A stretch of DNA of 55,272 nucleotides, the filler included, from Blastocystis sp. subtype 4 (taxonomy: Eukaryota): the NCBI RefSeq assembly GCF_000743755.1. It is 2 parts of 2 records of this genome, joined end to end, with 100 filler letters (N's around TTAATTAATTAA, not from the genome) between each part and the next. Parts side by side here need not be neighbours in the genome. Positions count along the whole stretch, not along the records: positions 27,678 to 55,272 come from NW_014569406.1; 1 more part is not named here. One strand, given 5' to 3'. Numbering within the stretch: position 1 is the stretch's first letter; every line of letters begins with the position of its first letter. The translations under genes were made by a program, and so were the position numbers. Positions 38,316 to 49,604 of the stretch are shown piece by piece. Under the pieces are notes generated by a model that had not been told where the DNA came from, did not search any database, and saw nothing but the letters and a program-made list of their open reading frames with translations.

Positions 38316-40021
38316 CTACATTACTGTACACTTCTTATCCTCCTCAGGTTTATTAAGTTGTGCTTTCGTTGTTACCATCTTCAGGACTTTACTGGAAGAT
38401 GATAATCGTCGTACAAAAGAAATCTCCTCTTCTTCCTTTTCTCGTTTCTCTGTAAACTGTAATATTTCATTGTAAATCTGAGTTCGACATAATCGGATTG
38501 TCATCTCGGTATCGATCTTGCTGAAATCGATAGGCAACACTAATTGTCCCCCAAATGACAACTACTTAACATTCCTCTCATCGTATCTCACTTCCATATC
38601 CTTACAACGAACTCCATTGAAGTATGGCGATTCCAGAGCTTCTTCGGGGGTAATTCGCTTCTTAGGGTCTATCATCACACACTTCCATCGTTCTTACCAA
38701 AATACAACATTTGCTTCAATAGATCCAACGCTGCTGGTTCTGCATGAGGCAACAAATCCTTGAATCCTTTTCCTTTGATTGGGTCGATCTGACGCAGAAA
38801 TGTCTTCATATCCTCATTCTCCAAAGCATCAATCTCTTCACTGCCTATCACATAATTTGGTTATTCGTCTTACGGTGTTGGGGTCCCAATTATTTCGAAA
38901 ATCTTCAGCAATTGATGGTTTCTTCCTGTATACTCCTCCTTTAGGATTTCCAGTCCCTCTCCTGTACGAGGTCGACTCAATGGATAACATGCCGTGCCAG
39001 GGAACAAGGCAGAAGGAGTGCCGATATCTGGTTCCAATGTCTGGAGTAATTCTGCCTACGAATCATGGAATGATAGAAAAAGAACAAAAATGCATCCCAA
39101 TGACCAAATATCAACAGAAAAGGAGTAGTTCTTCTATCCATCATACCATGTGATTATATTCACCTCCAGAATGATGATCTCGGGAGCACGATACCAACGA
39201 GTGGCAATGTGACGAGTCAACTGTCGCTGGAGAATAGGACGTTGTAACAGTGGACGAGGCTCTTCTGCTGACTCTTCAGACTGTTCGGTTTGAAGGCTTC
39301 CTAAGTCTTCACTTTGTGCGGAAAGCACAGAAATAGTAGCAGAGTCGCTACGAGCAACGGGTTGGGTAGGTGAAATACGACGAGCCAAGCCAAAATCAAT
39401 AACATGAATTCCACATTGCGTATCCATCAAAATATTGGATGGCTTCACATCACGATGCATGATATATGCCGTCTATGTGTTGGAACTCTCGATTAACAAA
39501 TACTCGGAGATAATGAAATGCACATATGATCTGATACATAATATAGCGTACATGCGAAGCAGACCATCCTTGAATATCTCGATAAGTTTCCATCACTTTC
39601 TGAAGATCCCAACCACCATACTCCTATTCAGTAATTAGATCCCATTATAGGACTACCATAACAAGCCAAACACAATTGAATTTATCCTTTCCTTGAGGAA
39701 TGAATGCATCAAGCACTTTACAGATACAAGGATGATTGCACTGCCGCATAATTGAGATTTCACGTAGCGTTCTTGTAGCATCTTCCCTTGAGCTAAAAAT
39801 GTGGTGCATGTATTTGATGGCCACTCTGATTCCATTACTACCAACTATTACGTGTACTGTTTCTTTGTAGATTTCTGAATAGCTAGAAACACAGTTCCAT
39901 ACGATCCATACCCAAGTTGTCTTTGGATATTATATCTTTTTTCCAGATAAGCAGGAATATCATTCATGTACGACGAATGTCCATAATCCTAGTAATCAGA
40001 ATTCTCTTGTACTCCAACCAT
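38316..40021 (-). CDS. Atypical MAP kinase (T-x-H activation loop, C-terminal CAAX)
   Basis: LGYGSYGTV, HRDVKPSN, DFGLAR, long activation-loop insert, LTRHIATRWYRAPE, DPKKRITPEEAL, C-terminus KKCTVM*. Confidence 0.85.
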
Positions 40022-40141
40022 CCTTAATCTTATATCCTTTAAGATCCAAGCAAACAACAAATATTAAAGAACTATTTTGTTTATATTGTTCATTCTCGAA
40101 TTCCCGCGATTTTACTTCCATTCAAAAGATTCCTTCTGCAG

Positions 40142-40791
40142 ATGGCAGATAAAAGTCGACGGTATGTTGAGACTGAGAAAGGATAATCAAATAGATTTTT
40201 CATCGTTCAAGGTCGTTTCTTCATTCTCTATCGATCACGTAGTCGTTACGGGATCACTCTTCTATTAGGACCAGGACGGTGTGATTATTCTTGAGATCTT
40301 AATTCAAAGATATCGCTGTCTTTCCCTTTTGTTTCTTCTCTGTCTTCTCTGTACTATAAGCGTTCGAAATGCCTACAGGATCCAATACAATCAATATATC
40401 TTGACAATTATCACATCATGTGTCTGTATTCTGAGTTATCTATTCACGACGATGGTAGATCCAGGGATCGTGTGGGATAGTCGAGAAATGGATCTTGAAA
40501 ATGACCCGAACTCGGTATATTGTTCCATTTGTGGTGTATATCGGCCGAAGTTGGCCGGTCATTGTGTTTCCTGCAACGTGTGCTTTGACGAGTGATAGTA
40601 CATGAATGAGATCATGAATAGATGGGATCATCATTGCTCTTTTCTTGGGTTGAATTGAATATTTCTTGTAATTAATAGAGTGTGTATTGCTAAAAGGAAT
40701 CAGTGGTCTTACAGATTCCTGGAATTGTCATTCATTATTGTTCTTCTCTTTGCTTATCAGAATCGTGTAGTATCTTCTATTTTTCGATTGT
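40142..40791 (+). CDS. DHHC palmitoyltransferase (small)
   Basis: VDPG..YCSICGVYRPKLAGHCVSCNVCFDE|WDHHC..CIAKRN; ends TTG-T|ACAA-TGTTTGTT. Confidence 0.85.
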
Positions 40792-40795
40792 ACAA

Positions 40796-40803
40796 TGTTT
40801 GTT
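40796..40803 (+). promoter_or_regulatory. TGTTTGTT polyadenylation element (DHHC)
   Basis: 4 nt after in-frame T40791; convergent variant TCTTTGTT at 40816-40823 (-). Confidence 0.75.
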
Positions 40804-40827
40804 ATTTCGGTTTCTAACAAAGAACAT

Positions 40828-41662
40828 ATTGTTCGACTACATGAATATTGTGCTGGTGCCAAAGATATCGGATTGGCGTAATTAGGTGCATATGAAATAA
40901 CAATAAGGCATTCAGTATTGCTGTAGGAGTATCAATATGTAGAACAAGCATAGAACACAGAAATGAAAAAGACAGAGAGAAAACAATGGATATCGATTGC
41001 CTGAAATGTGTCCGAAGTGAGATGAACAATCTCCAACAAGATACAGCAAAAGAGACGATAAGAATTACAGTTACAGCACTTGTGGTTGTTGGAACAGTAA
41101 TTATGATTAGTAAGAGAGGAATGAGAGATTCATTTTGATTTCTCCATTGATTGAAGTGATTGCATTGAATGAGATTCAAGAGCAACACAGATGAACAGGA
41201 AATGATCACAAAGCGCGGTAAAAAGGGGTAGCAAAGAAAAAGAAGGAATGATAGTGTACAAGGGAGATAAGTGTTAGTACTTTTACTAATCTACGGTTCA
41301 AAGAACCAAGAATCTAATACTGCTGCTTCAGTAATGATACATAACGTAGAAACGAGGAGAACAAGAATCTGATGGAATGATGAGTCGGATAGAATTGATG
41401 GTTTCCAGCATAAGACCTTTCCTAATTAATGAAAGATGATACTCTACGGCTATTGAGACGATGAAAGCGTAACCAAAAGGTAAGGGGCATGTGCCCCACA
41501 TAACTTGTGTGAATGAAGGAGCTGTTCTTTGTTCTACATAAAATTGGAATGAAAAGGCCAACTATATCTCCACAATTGACAAGGATCAATCTGGAATGTA
41601 TTGTCTGCTGCTCCAGAACGCTTGTACAACACGTATTCTTGCTTTCTAACCAAAAATCCCAT
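40828..41662 (-). CDS. Polytopic membrane protein, PIG-C/GPI2-like
   Basis: N-terminal VLYKRSGAADN and C-terminal ALLLFHMHLITPIRYLWHQHNIH loosely match PIG-C termini; multiple TM segments. Confidence 0.45.
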
Positions 41663-41694
41663 GAAACGAAATAGTAACAAACATGTCAAACAGA

Positions 41695-42498
41695 CTACGA
41701 ATCCACAATTCGATAGGTTACGTATTTTCCAGCAGTTTCACTCTTTCTGACAATTCTAAATACCTGACCTTTCTGTGCTCCAAAGTATCTAGCGATGGGA
41801 TCTCGCTTTTGGATACGTGGAAGCTGTCTTTCTTCTAGACCATACTGTTTTAATAGATAGGCCTTTTCACTTGGGTTCAACAGCTGATGCTCAGGGACCT
41901 ATAATAGATAAAGAGAACCATCCTAACTAGTTCATGCTCTGTAATATCAACAACAAGTTCGTCTTCGGTAAAACCCTCTACAATCATATCTGCAGTCGAA
42001 CAAGCATTGAGCTTCTATATCTCAACTCCCAACATGAATGAAACCTTCTTTCCATCACTTGTGAGTTCACCTCCAAACACTAGAACAACGCGTTTGACGA
42101 GATCAGCTGCCATCTGCGCAACCTTTGCTTCAAAATCCTTTCCATTGATCTAAAAATAAGTCAACTCTTCCATTTAAACCTTCTTATCGGTTCCACGGAT
42201 GAAAAATACTACAATTCGATCGTTTTCATCCTCAGAGTCAGCTCGACGGGCCTACATGTAATAAATTCAATCTTCATAATCCAACAGGAATTGTAACTTC
42301 ATTTAAATTGGGATTGCCTTCAGCATCGCAATACTACACTTCACCAAACTAGAATTCAAATACATCTCGCAAAAATGTATCTAGAGTCATGTTCATGTCG
42401 TTTTCACTAACAGCATATCCTCGTTTCATGAGCATCTTGAAAACAGTCTTCCTCACTCGAAACAGTTTTGTCGTTGATGGATTAATACCGCCGTTCAT
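41695..42498 (-). CDS. RPB5: RNA polymerase I/II/III common subunit RPB5
   Basis: [59 protein letters not shown]. Confidence 0.95.
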
Positions 42499-42674
42499 TT
42501 AAATAGAACCAACCCGAAAGAGAAAACGAAAAACTAGATAGGACATAAATCGGCTCGAATTTGTTAGAGTCATTGATTCCCATAAGTACGATTCATTGGA
42601 TCCAGATTATCACTGAATTCTCTTTTCTTCAGTGAGAATTATCTAATAGCTCTATCTTATTAACTTTGGCGACT

Positions 42675-43456
42675 ATGTCATTAGATACTGTATTAGATTC
42701 AAACAAGAAGGAGACGGAGAAGAAAATAGTATGTACGATTTCTGGAACTAAGAAATAGCGAAAGTTGATCTTTGAAGACGAAGAGGATCCATTCAATGTG
42801 AATTCGATTGATGTCAAATCTTTGGAACGTTCAACGAGTATTCCAAGTTTGGAGTCAGGGTTGAACAACGATTCCGAACTAAAAGACGCAATTCAGAACA
42901 ATAAAGTTGTTCGACTAATAAAGGAAGATGGAACCATCGGTGTAGGAATCAAAACAGTCTTTGAAGTGTAGATCAAGGTAAACAAGTCAAGTGAGATTGG
43001 AATGGCTCCTCGTGTTGTTTCCGCTTTACATGTCATGATGTTGTAGAAAAGCCCATCTAAGCCTCCTCGTCAGTTCTGGGAATTAGTGACTCCGGAAATG
43101 ACTCCAGAAGTGAAGCGTGAACTTGAGATCTTAAGCATGCGTGGTTATTGGGATACAAAGTCATTTTTCAAAGTAAGAGTTTGGTTGGATCTTGATTCAT
43201 AGGGAGATCGTAAGAAGCGTGAGTTACCGAAAGAATTTGAGGTGAGTCTGTGATGTTTGGTTGATACTAGTTGGGACGTGTCGTTAGTGGCAATTTCGAC
43301 TCCCGTCGTCAGCGCTTAACTCGTCGAGAAATCAAGGCCTCGCTAGCGGATGAGCTTGCTTCCGATGAACTCTTCCGTTCTCGGAGCGATAAGGTCATTG
43401 AGAAGGAGAAAGAAAAACGGTCTACTCCCCGACGATCGAAACGGCGAGTTCATTAA
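42675..43456 (+). CDS. FCF2: Fcf2/DNTTIP2 pre-rRNA processing protein
   Basis: PEMTPEVKRELEILSMRGYWDTKSFFK..LPKEFE|LGRVV..RLTRREIKASLADEL. Confidence 0.85.
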
Positions 43457-43491
43457 TGTTCTTTTATTCCTCTTTCTTCATTGAATCACTA

Positions 43492-44507
43492 ATGCAGTTT
43501 ACATCCGAGCCCACATTTAAACCAAAGTTATTCGATGAGATAGGAAAACGAGGAAAAGGTATGGAGGTGAACATCACGACTGATGCTTAGAGATTCTTCG
43601 CGATGATTATTGTGATGAAGCAATTCTCCGAGTGAAGACAAAGACTACTGAAGGACAGGCTAGTTCCTATTGTGTCATTGTGATCCATGTAGACTTTCGA
43701 AGTTTCAAGTCATCTTGGAGTTGGTACGCCATGTAGATTCATTTTATCAACGGACTTCAAAGTTTCTGATGCTATTTCCATGAAGAAGCTTGGAATCGAT
43801 TCTACTGGATTGTATATTGGTGACATTGACGTTTGCAATGTTTTAAAGAATACTAAATTCACTTTTCGGTAGGATTCATGGATCTGCTGACATCTAGAGG
43901 TCAAGGAGGTTTGAATGATCGAAATCAGCTAAAGGCAGAATTAGGACTTGAAGCAGTAACAAAGAAAGTTGCACTTACAGCTGCAATCGATCCAATTAAT
44001 CAACACTATTTGGCGTCTTGTGTATATTCTGTGACTATTTTCTTTGATTTATGACGATTAGTTTCATTCGATCCTAATTGGAGCAAAGATCAATGGTTGT
44101 TCTCTTAGCATGCCTGAATTCGATTTTGCAGCATCCTATTCCCACCATGATATGACATGTAGTGCGATCGCCTATAACTTATTCTCTAAAATGGATATTG
44201 TGCTTCATTATCGTGTTAACAAACGTCTGAATGTGTCAACAGCCTGTAATGTTGATATAGATTCTGGAAACTGTCCTGGTTTTGAACTTGGTCTTCAGTA
44301 TGCTCCTGATAAGAACACAGTATTGCGAGCCAAACTATCTGAAAAAGGCGTTGTGTCTGGTTGTTTCCGAGTATCTGTAAATGACAAGATGACTGTAAAA
44401 GGATCTCTCGCAGTATGCATCTTGAGGAAGAGTTGATGAATAGGTGAATGCTATGGATTTGAATTCTGGGGACAATAGAATTGGTATTGGAGTTGATTAT
44501 TTCTTTT
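43492..44507 (+). CDS. VDAC: Mitochondrial outer-membrane porin (VDAC)
   Basis: PKLFDEIGKRGKEILRDDY N-helix; LQYAPDKNTVLRAKLSEKG; C-terminal beta-signal RIGIGVDYFF followed by T|CCAG-TGTTTGTT. Confidence 0.85.
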
Positions 44508-44511
44508 CCAG

Positions 44512-44519
44512 TGTTTGTT
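44512..44519 (+). promoter_or_regulatory. TGTTTGTT polyadenylation element (VDAC)
   Basis: 4 nt after in-frame T44507, directly after the beta-signal. Confidence 0.85.
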
Positions 44520-44522
44520 CCG

Positions 44523-44720
44523 ATGATACCCAATAGTGAGGATCGATTTCTTAAATCGGAGTATGAATACAACAGGAGACGATTTGCGAAATTATCGAAA
44601 GGAAAGGCACGAGCCTTTGGACTCTTCTGTTTTTCAGCCATATCATCGATTTTATGTCTTATCCTCTTCTATAAGTGGGGTATATTCAATCGAACACTCG
44701 TTATACGTTTGTCGTTTTGA
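44523..44720 (+). CDS. Possible 65-aa single-TM protein
   Basis: Intronless ORF MIPNSEDRF..AFGLFCFSAISSILCLILFYKWG..; no family recognised. Confidence 0.3.
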   Translation: MIPNSEDRFLKSEYEYNRRRFAKLSKGKARAFGLFCFSAISSILCLILFYKWGIFNRTLVIRLSF

Positions 44721-44791
44721 TTTCTTCTCATTCTAGTTTTTTCTGCTTTTGTTCTCCTCCACCTTTATTCTCTTCAAGTATTAATTACAAT

Positions 44792-46432
44792 ATGGAAGGA
44801 AATTAGCGACAAGGATGAGTACACACCTTATTTAACGATTCCTTCTAATTCCCATGATTTATCTGCTCCTTCTCTTTTATCTAGTCAATTACCGGCATAC
44901 GACATAACAAGCGAGAATGGAGACTCCAATAGAAATACCGAATCCCAAGCAGAAGCTCCATTTCGATGGAAGTTAGTATTGTTCCTATTGATTATCTTAA
45001 GTGTACGATCCGTAAAGAACTTTTCCAAGTATCTCGTGACTCCTATGCTATTGAAGGGTTTTAAATATTCTGATAAGAATAATGTTACAACTGATGGTGA
45101 GTGTGGAACATTTGATGTTCGAAATCAGGTGTATGCAGATGATAAGGTGATTAAAGGATTATTCCCCACTATATCCACGAAAGAAGATGGTTATACTGGT
45201 GATAGTCTTCTTCAGACACTGGAATATAAAGTGAGCTATCCGTAGGTCTATCTTCCATTCTTCATCCTAGCGTGGCGAAGGCGAAGGAAAAGACTGTTGC
45301 GACGATGTATGTGAATACTGAGAAAGCTCGTTCTGTATGAATTGGATTCTTCTGTGAGTGTAGATTATCAGTGAATTGTGTATTGAACCATATATGGGTC
45401 GATGGTGTGATAATCTCAGACGATTCTTGTATTCCACAATTCATACCGATTTTGTATTAGTTAGTCTCTGATTTGATGTAGATTGACCCGCTCAATACGA
45501 ATCTATCGATCTTTCAGTCGGAGCTCGGGATTCGTGAAGAGGCGATTCTTCATGTTGATAGCACTTGTTCGTGTACCTACAATAATACATCCTATTCAGC
45601 AGCTACACTTCCTGAGTTGCTTGAAAAGGTTCGTCCAGCTGTTGAGGCTGCCACCCGCAACACTGCTTCAACATTCGGTGGTTTTGGTGGTTTCGGTGGA
45701 TTTGGTGGTTTCGGAGGGTTTGGCCAACAGAATCAACAGAACCAACAGAACCAACAGAACCAACAGAACCAGCAGGATCAACAGAAGGAAAAGGCAAAGA
45801 AGAAGGCAGAAACTCTCTTGAATGCTATTGATTCCCAATTGAAGGTTTTCCTTTTACTGTTGCCTCAAATGTAGCTTGAGAATGTTCTCAATGTGGGAGG
45901 AGAGCGATTAAAGGGATATGTACTCCGAAGACTCATTGACCTAGGTTCATCTCCTTATCTCAACAATTATCGTGGAATCACTGAAGAAACAGTCAAATTG
46001 AGTGATAGCAAAGTACTTCTTACTCTTTTCATGATTCTCAGATTCTGATGAACTTCTTCTTGTGGTATTTCGACGAATCCTTGTCCGATAAATCACATAA
46101 GTTCATAAATTATAATGAGTTTTCGTTCAATTACTTCATGTCCAATGCTATGTCGTCTTCGGGTCGTCCACGTAGTTCTCTCTATATTAAAGAAGAGCCA
46201 TCTCCTCAGACACATTTCAATGTATATAATGAAGAAGATCGGTGGGACATTATTCCTGTGAGAATGGATGAACGAATTCATGTTTAGGGTCCTGAAAACT
46301 TGTTTCAGTGTATCATCGTTTTCCTTTATACTATCAAGTCATTTAAAAAGGTACTTATGGGAGTTCTCTATCATGTAGAATCATCTTCACTTCCATAACG
46401 TTCCTCAGAAAGTCAGAGAAATATTGATTTGA
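44792..46432 (+). CDS. TMEM209: TMEM209/Pom34-like transmembrane nucleoporin
   Basis: N-terminal TM; WCDNLRRFL, YVLRRLIDL, DSKILMNFFLWYFD, HFNV..GPENLFQCIIVFLYTIK match the TMEM209 C-terminal domain. Confidence 0.7.
45674..45784 (+). repeat. Coding 9-nt tandem repeats: (FGG)5-FG followed by (QQN)5-QQDQQ
   Basis: TT(C/T)GGTGGN and CAACAGAA(C/T) units visible directly. Confidence 0.9.
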
Positions 46433-46733
46433 TTGGAATTGTTTCTTTAATATGGTTATGGAATCATTTTTGCTGTAGAATCACTTGGTACACCAATAAG
46501 CTAGGGATTGAGTCTGTACTATACGAAAGGGATGGACAATCCAATATTGAATCTATTTAGTCAAATGTTACTAATAAATCGGTGCAGCAAATCATATTGC
46601 TTGCGCTAGGCGTTTCATCATAGATCGTTATTCTAACGACGTCTTTAGATTCCAACTAGTTATTGCGAAGATTTTGACCGTTTTTGGTTTTTAAAGTGTA
46701 TCTAACTCATTTGGTGTATCTGTAGCATTTTTA

Positions 46734-48105
46734 ATGAGTATTCTTGTAGGACGTGTTTAGAAGTCTTCATAATTTGTAGACATCATCAAAAGGAGTCCTA
46801 GATAATACTGTAACTGGTCAGAAAGAAGACAGAGAAGGAAGAGATCTTAATACTGAATCCATTTCCGGAGCTAATCAATCACCTCTTAATGCAATTGGTT
46901 TCAGTTTTGAACCTCTTTATCATGAGGATCGGGCTTGGAGAGATGGAGACGGTTATAGGGGTATTATTCTAACTATCCTTCCAATATAGGTTCGTTGCTC
47001 GAAACAAAACGATTTCAGACTACACTATCTTCCCACAGTGACTTGGTATTGAAAGAGATTGATCTTTAGATAATAATGGACTTGGACTATTTCATGTTGC
47101 AGATTTTCCTAGTGGAGTTCCGACTAGTGGAACTTTGACAAGAAACAGTGATGGTTTATATTTGTGTGATCCCATTTCTTTGTCTAGACAATCTAGTGTA
47201 CAGTTTTATTACCTTTCATCATCACTAGACATGTTCTGTAGGTGAACAAGCATCAGAATTGGACACACTGTATTATGGTTCTCATTTATCTCTGTATCGA
47301 CCGGGATTAGACTCAATGCATTCTATTGAGTTATCTAGTAACTTAGAAGATTGTACTGGGACAAAGGAGAAACCATTCCTTTTTCCCTCTTCTAGTCCAC
47401 GTAAGACGCAGGGTTCTTTCTTTTCATATGATGACTCAATATCTTTGCCTGGAGGCAATCAATCCAGTTATGACTCTGGGTTGGATGATTCTTGTATTGA
47501 AAGTCTGCACTCTAGTATGCGCTCCACGGTATCGCAATCTGATGTGTTCAGTTTGATGCCCATCACTAAACCACACTTACGACCTCGTTACTCGTATACA
47601 GATGGGCCTCCTAAAAGACGAATCGATGCAGATGCTTCTTTGACTCGAAGTTGGCATGAATTGAACCTCTTACGGGATGAAGTGCATCTTCCTCCTGGAG
47701 AGAACAATCCTAATGCAGTTCCTGGTGGTAAGTTGTGTTTTGAGTACATGAACAAAGGAAGGTACATCTAGAAAGGACATGTAATATAGATGCCAACGAA
47801 TGGAGACAGGCCGAATCTGTCGTTTCCGCCACTTGGTTCCGAGTCATCCGGAAGCTATTGCAGATCGGTATCGTAGTGGCTTGCTCTCGCAAGAAGAAAT
47901 TGTGAAATATAAACTCCGTGAATGTGACCCTTATGAAACAAACCCGTTTGCTCCTCGGGATGCGAAAATCTGTTTTGAGTTCCTGAATCGCCATATTTGT
48001 TCTCGTAATCAGGAAATGAAGATATGTAGATTCAGGCATTTGCTTCCTGAGCATCCCGATGCCATTCAAGATAGGCTGAAAACAATGGGAGGAAATCTAT
48101 CGTAA
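46734..48105 (+). CDS. Protein with two tandem C-terminal CCCH-like zinc fingers and a Ser-rich N-terminus
   Basis: LCFEYMNKG..C..ICRFRHLVPSHPEAIADR and ICFEFLNRHICSR..ICRFRHLLPEHPDAIQDR. Confidence 0.7.
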
Positions 48106-48334
48106 ATCGTGTAGCAAAGTGAGTGATGTGACATGTGTGTGACTTTGGAAATCTGTTTGTTACTGATTCGATACTGTTTGGGATCCCACAGTTTGAGTTG
48201 TCAGTTCTAACGCATATGGCAAGTTTTACTCTAGAATCACTCCTTTCTTCTTTCTAAGAATTTCTCGTGTGTGCAACACTGATTGCCAACTGTAGGATAA
48301 CTAGACATGTGTAACTGAGTACTAGAGAGTTAGA

Positions 48335-49592
48335 ATGAGTTCTGATAGTCAAGAAGAATACAGTATGGAGGAGCCAAGTTCTGAAGTACATGCCAACCAT
48401 AGTTCAGTACAAACTGGTGTGGACAAGAAACTAGCAGATAGTGATTTGAAACAGAATGTGAGTGAATACCAGTCTAAGGAACGTCTTCTGACATTCTCTT
48501 CTAATAATCATTCATATGTATCATTGTTTTGAATATTTAAATATAGGTGATTCGACCGGCTAGAATCCTGCTATCTGTGGAAGACTGTGTAAGAAATGTA
48601 CATTTCATTTGAATCTAGGTTAATTGTCGAAATGTTTCTTTGTTGATGCAGTCACTATGTTACCGAGTGGGATTGATGGCAGTTTTCGATGTGTTTGCTA
48701 CCAATGACGCCTGCATCAAGTTTCTGAATTCCAACCGCTATGACATTGTATTTATCCACCAGTTGTTGTTATTTGGATCTTGCGGGGACAGTCTACTTCT
48801 TAATCTCCGATGTCTTTTATCCTATACTCCCGTTGTTGTTATGGGCTTGTTTTTCTTGTTTGTATAATCTTATTGATAGAAGCTGTAACTATGGTGCAAT
48901 TATGTCCCTTTGCGATTTTACTGCCTTTCTCCGAATTCCTTTTTCTGAGTCTGATTTTCTCCACTACGTACTGAAATACGTGTTTGAACCCTATGAAAGT
49001 CATTTCATGAAGGCTCCTCTTCAAAGGATTCCCAAGAAGAATCGTCTTCGATATCAGGGTATTTTTGTTTCCTTCTATTAATATGTAGTCATGGAACGAC
49101 TTTCTAATCCTCCTGAAAAAAAGGATTATAAACTAGTTGGGATCCCAATCCCTTTGGGATGTGAAGTTTCGATGAGATAATTACTTGTAGTGACACCTGG
49201 CATAAGTGAAGAAGAATACATTAAAAGGAGCAAGTTTTCTATTCCAGAGTGCTTTCAAATTCCCACTTTACCAGAACAAGTTGTCCCAAAGCCCATTCCT
49301 GTCCAACCTCCTGTATGTCCAGAAAGGGTAGTTCCTCCTGCGTCTACTCCAGTACAACCAAAACAAGATCCCGAGCGCAAAGTAACAAAGAAACGTGTGA
49401 CTTCTGGAATGAAACTGACTAGAAACCAAATTGATATCTTCACTGAAGAGTCTTCAGATATCCTATCTAAATTAAGTGCGCTCAGTGTTGATCTAGTCCC
49501 TATACCTGAAGTTCCTGTTGATGTACTTGTTGTATTAGAATCTGATCTATAGTACTCTACAAAACAGTATGTGAATATAGCACCTAGGCTAT
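48335..49592 (+). CDS. Degenerate response-regulator receiver (pseudo-REC) domain protein
   Basis: Spliced RILLSVEDC..YDIVFIHQ..TPVVVMG..FTAFLRIPFSESDF follows the REC beta1/beta3/beta4/beta5 pattern; ends CTA-T|TTCT-TGTTTGTT. Confidence 0.6.
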
Positions 49593-49596
49593 TTCT

Positions 49597-49604
49597 TGTT
49601 TGTT
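49597..49604 (+). promoter_or_regulatory. TGTTTGTT polyadenylation element (pseudo-REC gene)
   Basis: 4 nt after in-frame T49592. Confidence 0.8.
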
